Shown in pieces: positions 57,805 through 64,000 of a stretch of 64,000 bases of DNA. Origin of the DNA: Ruditapes philippinarum (taxonomy: Eukaryota); NCBI RefSeq assembly GCF_026571515.1, contig NW_026864768.1, forward strand, positions 124,001 through 188,000. Direction: 5' to 3'. The first letter of the stretch is position 1. Each line of letters opens with the position of its first letter. The notes under the pieces are model-generated. The model saw only the letters and a list, made by a program, of their open reading frames with translations, was not told the origin of the DNA and made no database searches. Position numbers and translations under genes: made by a program.

Positions 57805-58897
57805 TGACCCCATGAGGAAACCAACATACCACTAGTGCACAAATTTCTTCTTTTTTTTTTACTTTTTACAATTTTATGAAAGAACATAATTCCCACTTAC
57901 TATGGTACCATTTTTAATTTTTTCTGTATTTATTGCGCAAATCAGCTTAAATAAACTGGCATGTATTTTCCCGCGGCGAGTACATGATAGGCGCTTTCTA
58001 AGACCCCACAAGTGTTGTTTCTATCTATTTTACTGAGTTGACTATAGTCATAATCAATTGTTCCTTGTCATTCTGTTATTTCTCATATAGCAAAGTCGAC
58101 TAAATTAATTTCTTATACATGGATGTGTGGATATGTTTTTACAATCACAATTTTCATGACTTACTATATGCAGCTATAAATGCTTATTCAAACGCTTCTT
58201 CATTTTCCAAAAGGTGTTCTTGAAAGTCGTTTGCGAACATATCTTATTTAAATTTTTAAACGTACTCACAACGCTTGCATTTTTGCTATTGTAAGTAACT
58301 GTAGCTCTCAGTCTGCTTTATATCTTACCACTGGAATATCAGCTAAACAATTATTTCAAATAATATATAAATAAATAAATGAGATGCAGACACTATGTGT
58401 TTTATTGCCAAACGGCGTACATGTTTAACATTTATAAAGTACTTAGCATTAAAATAACTTAATTGTGAATGTCGATCTTCCTATATTAATAGATACAAAT
58501 ATCCTAAAATAAATATTTATTATAAAATAAGCAAAGTTGTCGCAAATAAACAAACACTTGATGGATTTATAAAAAATCACAACATCACGAGAGCAGGCGG
58601 GCATGGCGTTTCAGTTCGTAAATTTAAGTATAGCTACCAATAATATAAATGTTACGTAATATAATGGTTTGATGAAAACGTTTTATTAATACATGTACAT
58701 GTATTTCGGGAAGTTCTGTCCTGCGTCGATAAAATATCACAACGCACCAAAGATAAAGAGTGAGACGACTTTGGAAAGTAGGAATAGTGTACGCGGTAAA
58801 TTAACATAAAAACGTGCATAATTTGACGTCAGATTTAAATAACGTTTTCTGGGTGACGTCATTTTCTGCACTATGTTGGTTTTCTCATGGGCGGCCT
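57805..58897. mobile_element. Possible ~1.1-kb non-autonomous TIR element just downstream of the ADA2 stop
   Basis: Left CCCATGAGGAAACCAACATA..TAGTGCA and right TGCACTATGTTGGTTTTCTCATGGG are inverted repeats related to the 37301 MITE ends. Confidence 0.5.
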
Positions 58898-59479
58898 AAA
58901 TGATAGTGGTTTATAAATTAATTGTCAAAAGGAGGAAAAACACCACAGACAGTTAATTACCATTTCATGTACAATTTACATGTCTCAATCTGTTACCATT
59001 TCTGGACAGTAATTTAACTTCATGTACTTTTATGGTAATTGTATTATTAATTAATTTGACATTTTTTATTTTAATTAAGACATTTTAGATGATATCTTAA
59101 AGTGATATACGAGTATATTTGTTTATTATATACATGTACGGTGATTTTGTATTGATATTGTGATATTATGATTTTTGTATAATTATGTTTTAAGAGTACA
59201 TGTTAATGCTAGACCGTTTCCATGTCAACTAGTTTTGATCATTTATCTTTTTATATATATATTTCTTTATATAGTCAAATGTAACAACTTTTACATTTTA
59301 CAAAACAGCAGTTTTAACTTTGAAAAATCTATTTCTTCAGGTGCTACTGTATACATGTACTCGTATTTTGAATGTATACCATAACAATTTTAAAGTATTT
59401 TAGTTTATAACTAACTGTATTGACATTGCATTATTGCCGTGTTTCCTGCTTGTTAAAACACCAGTCACCAAGATAAAAA

Positions 59480-59670
59480 CACCATGCAGGTGCCTAGATG
59501 TCAACAGACGCCGAGATGACAACACCAGGCGCCGGTCCTTCTGTGTATTAATTATGGGTCACGAGCAGTCACTTAGGTAGAACCAATCTTCTATTTTGTA
59601 AACTAGCTATTAAAATAAAGCGATTGAACATCACTGGCGAGATTCGAACCCACACAGGCGAAGGTGGGTA
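59480..59670 (-). mobile_element. Degenerate SINE-like fragment
   Basis: GGCGAGATTCGAACCCAC is a reverse B-box (GTGGGTTCGAATCTCGCC). GTAGAACCA matches the reverse of the TGGTTCTAC SINE motif. Confidence 0.4.
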
Positions 59671-61680
59671 CACTACAGATATTGCTGCTGTCGTCAGCTA
59701 TTTTTTATTTATGGGGGGGATTGTATTTGATAAATATCACAATGTTTAAACATGTACACGTGCATACATTAATAGTCATGACTGTATTCCATGCACAAAA
59801 CCTATTTAGTGTAGACTTCTTGTACAACTATAAAGAGCGGGTGAAGGGTAAATCAAATCTTCGGAGGATAGTGCAATATACAGTACAGAGGTTACAGATA
59901 GATTTATAAATAAATATTAAATACAAATATTTATAGGTATTTTTTTTTAATGTGCACCGGTACAAAGCATGCATCAACGCTCGGACCTCCGGTAATATTC
60001 TCATTCAAATAGATTATTAGTGGGTTTTTTTTCGTTGGATTTTTTATCACATAATGTTTTCTACATGATATTTTAATTCTTGATATTTGTAATGTGAGTT
60101 CATATAATAACATGATATTTTTAATTGATTTTATACATATATCTTCATTATCAATATATACATTCACTTTTTATACATCCTCTGTGTGCTTTACAATGTC
60201 TCTTTTTATAGGTAGTAGTATGATGTAAAATATATTTTGAAATATGTTCTACAGTCATTAAACTTACATTGTTATGCATATGAATACATTTGAATGTTAC
60301 ATTTTTTATACATTTGAATACATGTGAATATTTTTATAAAAATTGTGGTAAGAAATGCCTAGAACCTTAAGTTCATACATTATGATACTATTATTAGCTC
60401 TCTATTTTATTTTAATTTCAAGTAACAAAATACCATGCTTTTTTGTTCAATTATAAAAGGGTATATTTTAGCACTTATGTCAACCATAAGTTGTTTTTTA
60501 TGCAGATGTATTGTAATTTACCGACCTAGTTTGTTTTTGTGTTGTTTTTATTTTTGTATAATTTATTCACTGTGCTAATTAATGTTCAATTAATATGCTT
60601 GTTGATGATGATATTGTTGTTGTTTATGTATGACATGTTTTTGTTTGATGATAATCAACTGCACTGGTAATTATTTTTACATTTTTTAAATGTATTTGAT
60701 TTTAGTGACAAGTATATAGTTTCATATATGAACGATTCGCTTGTCTCTTGTAATTCTTATATAGAATGGCTGTGTTCATGTTTTATGATATTGTTTGTAT
60801 AAACTGCGTGTACATACATAGATGAGACTTAAATAAATAAATACAAGAAAAAAATTGTGTTAGACAAGTGATATTATCGAATAAACATGATGTAACTATA
60901 GTCTTTTCTGTTGTCGTGCACTCGAAATGTATATGTATGTCTTATATAATGCCAAAAAAAAGTATTAAATTGACTGTTTAACGGTCTTTTTATTTAAATT
61001 TATGTGGTCATTTGGTGTTTATACATGTATATCTTATAGTAAATTGAATTTATGTTATATAGGTAACAAAATGCCGTTTATAAATGTTTAACATGTTTCA
61101 TATTTTTTCCATATATCCATGATTATTCCTTAGGAACTGAACGTATATGAATTTCCGCTGATCCAAATGTAAATTTACCCACCTGACTTTCCTCCATATT
61201 GACTAATTTTTGTGTCGATTTTTCATGCAGCCTTCGTGAACGTATTCTTTCCACCGTTGGTTATGGTGTGTGCGAATGGGGGGAAAATGTCGCAAACGAT
61301 TCTGTTCACGAAATCTGACAAATATTCAAACAAACCATATATGGATTTGGTTTCAAATAAAGGAACCGGCGGTCAAAATTCAATCTGAATTTATAAGCCT
61401 TAAAGTATGAGAGTATGGTTAGTGTAGGCAATCCCAATCACTTTATGGAAAGCGTTATTTTTTGCACGATATTTTATGCCTTTTTTGGCTACAGCATTTG
61501 TATTTTGTCCTTAAAATCAATATATTTCCACACTGCTTATTCTACTTGAAAATCGTGGCATGCAGGAAAAATAGAAAACAACATGAACATTTCAAACTGA
61601 TTATTTAACAATATTTTTCAAACATTATACAATGACTACAGCAAATATCATTTGAAAATATTAACCCCTTAATGAGAACG

Positions 61681-61759
61681 ACATCGTCGTATACCCATGG
61701 TTGATTAACATGTAATCATGGTAAATGTTAATGGTTCGGCCGTGGGTATCCGACGATGT
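61681..61759. repeat. 79-bp imperfect palindrome/hairpin
   Basis: ACATCGTCGTATACCCATGG ... CCGTGGGTATCCGACGATGT (18/20 complementary) plus inner TTAACAT/ATGTTAA. Confidence 0.75.
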
Positions 61760-63671
61760 GACAACAAAAGTTATCCGTATAACTTGTCATTGGAAATCTC
61801 GGAACATATATTTTCTTGCACACACTTAGTACTGATTTTTAAAACTTATATAGATTGATTATTCTGTCAAAGGAAAAATTACATTTTTAAATAAATTATT
61901 TTGTCCGTATAGTGTGGAATTATAAAGAAATAAAATGATGTGATTCGGATTGCTTTAGATTCTGAATGCCTTCACGTACTGTACGAGTTTATATCGGGTT
62001 ATATCTCTGGATAAAATGACCAGTTCACAAAAACGTTTTGCTACCAATGAAGCTTTTGAACTGTTATTTTATAGAAGGGAATACATTGACTGGTTAAAAC
62101 GTACTAGCTGGAAAAATGCCCAGGCAAGTAATATATCGACTGATTTCTTTGTAGATGGAAGCGATCCACATCAATAAAGATTGCTTTGATTTCATCCAAT
62201 CCAATAAAATATATTCATGTGATTATTTGTGTAAGTTCGTCAACGGTCTGCAATGAGAGTCTAACCACCAGTTGCAGAGGAGCCATCTGCACGGGTAAAT
62301 CGCACGTGTTATTATTCATGTATAGCAAACGTTCTACACTGGGAGGCTTTGAAATATCATAGAAAAACACCCTACGCATTTACCCATAAGATCTGCTGAA
62401 GCTTATCAGCCAATAAATCACTTTCAACTGTATATCTCCCACTGAGTTGAGGGTCTGGCCATCACTAATTTGCTGAATTCCGGTAAGTGCTTATCAGCTA
62501 GAAAATCACTTTTAATTGACGTCACTAATTGGCCCTCTGTGTCCTTATCTAATGGCCCTAAAGTTGACGGATCATTTTTTTTATATCTGTATATGCAGTT
62601 CTCATAGATCATATGGTACACACGCATATATTTGGCAGTGCTTTTCTCCGTTCTATGAAATGGGCTTTATTAGTGATAAACATCTTTTTAGATAAAGTTC
62701 TATAGTTAAAAGTGACTGTTAATCATGTTTTAGGTCATTAACAATTTGTCAATAGCTACTTTTTGACAATAAATGATTGTGAATTTATTTTTTTTTGGCT
62801 TTGTGAATGGCACCCTATTTTGGCCCCAAAACTTCATGAAGAAAATAAAACTTCTACGGAAATGAACAGGTAAGTGCTATTTTTCAATATAATTTTTATT
62901 TTTCAATAAATAATTTTTATAACAAGAGAGAAAGATGTCTTATCTAAATCTTTTGGACATAGGCTGGACCAAAATTAAATAAAATAATAAGGCATTTTTT
63001 TGGCATTTCTTAAAGTCCCATGTAAAGAAAAACAACTTAGTATATTTGCAAATGATGGGGTTCATTAAATGTTAAAAAGGTTTGTAAAACCGCCTATCTG
63101 TGAGTTAGTGTACAGCTTTAAGAGGACATCGATGTTTTTTATTACAGAAAATGCTTAAAATATCAAACAATCAAATCTAATTATTTCAAGTTTATTTTAT
63201 TTCCTGTTGCAGTACATGTAGATAACCTTTTTTCCAATACGCCATGCATTCGTATCTTTTTTTCACATTTGTATAAGATTTAAAGAAATATTCTATGTTT
63301 TGCATATACATGTGTTTTATCTTATACTTTTTTAACTTTGAGTTCTGAGAAAGGAAAGAGAGAAACAGAGACAATATTGCAATGCTATGGAATTCTTATT
63401 CTTAAAATTCATTTTATTATTTGTCTTTGGATATGAGATTGTGTGCATGCAAGATAAAAACCAGTTTAATGTATAATGGAAAAAAAAATAAATAAGCGAC
63501 ACGAGACTGTTTTATCTATTTTATAATAGTGTATGCAAACAATTATTTAAAGATAAGTTTAAAAAAAATGACTGATACAGTATGTAATTTGATTTAAAAA
63601 GTTCAAACAATTCTTCAAGATCTGTGATAAAACTTACTTCAGCAATAATGAACACACTGCTCAGTGCTTAC

Positions 63672-63709
63672 CCACGGATTTATATTACATATGTAATATA
63701 AATCCGTGG
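63672..63709. repeat. Perfect 38-bp palindrome with flanking 5-bp direct repeat (micro-MITE-like)
   Basis: CTTAC|CCACGGATTTATATTACATATGTAATATAAATCCGTGG|CTTAC. Confidence 0.8.
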
Positions 63710-64000
63710 CTTACCATATTTTCAATGAGTTATTAATGATAAAAATCAAATTTTCTTAGATCTAGATCTACTTTTTATTATTTAATAATTACAGTATCGA
63801 TAATGCATTGATTACATAAATGTACATGCTAAGGACTGTCTTTGTTATTTCTTACTATAACCACGGCTTTAGTTACATTTATTTAATTAAAGCCGTGCTA
63901 GACTTGAAACATTTAACATTTTCAGCGAATAGAACCCTGCTGAGAAGAAATAACGATAAAATCCAAGGGGATCAAAATAAAATGTTTTCTGCGAAAGGCG

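Overview
This is AT-rich, intron-containing animal genomic DNA, probably from a bivalve mollusc (inferred from the repeat families and gene content). Four protein-coding genes can be reconstructed by hand with GT-AG splice sites and consistent intron phases. (1) SETDB1/eggless H3K9 methyltransferase, + strand, 30 coding exons at 7956-38302, about 1180 aa (Tudor, MBD, pre-SET, split SET, post-SET). (2) An intronless 292-aa NHL/beta-propeller ORF nested antisense in SETDB1 intron 6 (16631-17509). (3) TMEM263, - strand, 3 coding exons at 47980-49838, about 125 aa, convergent with SETDB1. (4) A secreted ADA2/ADGF-family adenosine deaminase, + strand, 9 exons at 51667-57703, about 533 aa, head-to-head with TMEM263. 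Introns and intergenic DNA are rich in non-autonomous Helentron-type (HINE/pearl-like) elements, tRNA-derived SINEs, MITEs, minisatellites and short palindromes, several of them nested. There is no CRISPR array, rRNA or intact tRNA. I cannot demonstrate a new biological system. The best leads are all at SETDB1: a close histone-H3-tail mimic in the SET insert, a 45-bp repeat that multiplies the MBD-exon donor in frame, a 42-bp minisatellite whose units look like acceptor/8-nt exon/donor cassettes that would create a stop codon, an exon that starts with a donor consensus, and the nested antisense gene. All coordinates were counted by hand. Repeat boundaries are approximate.
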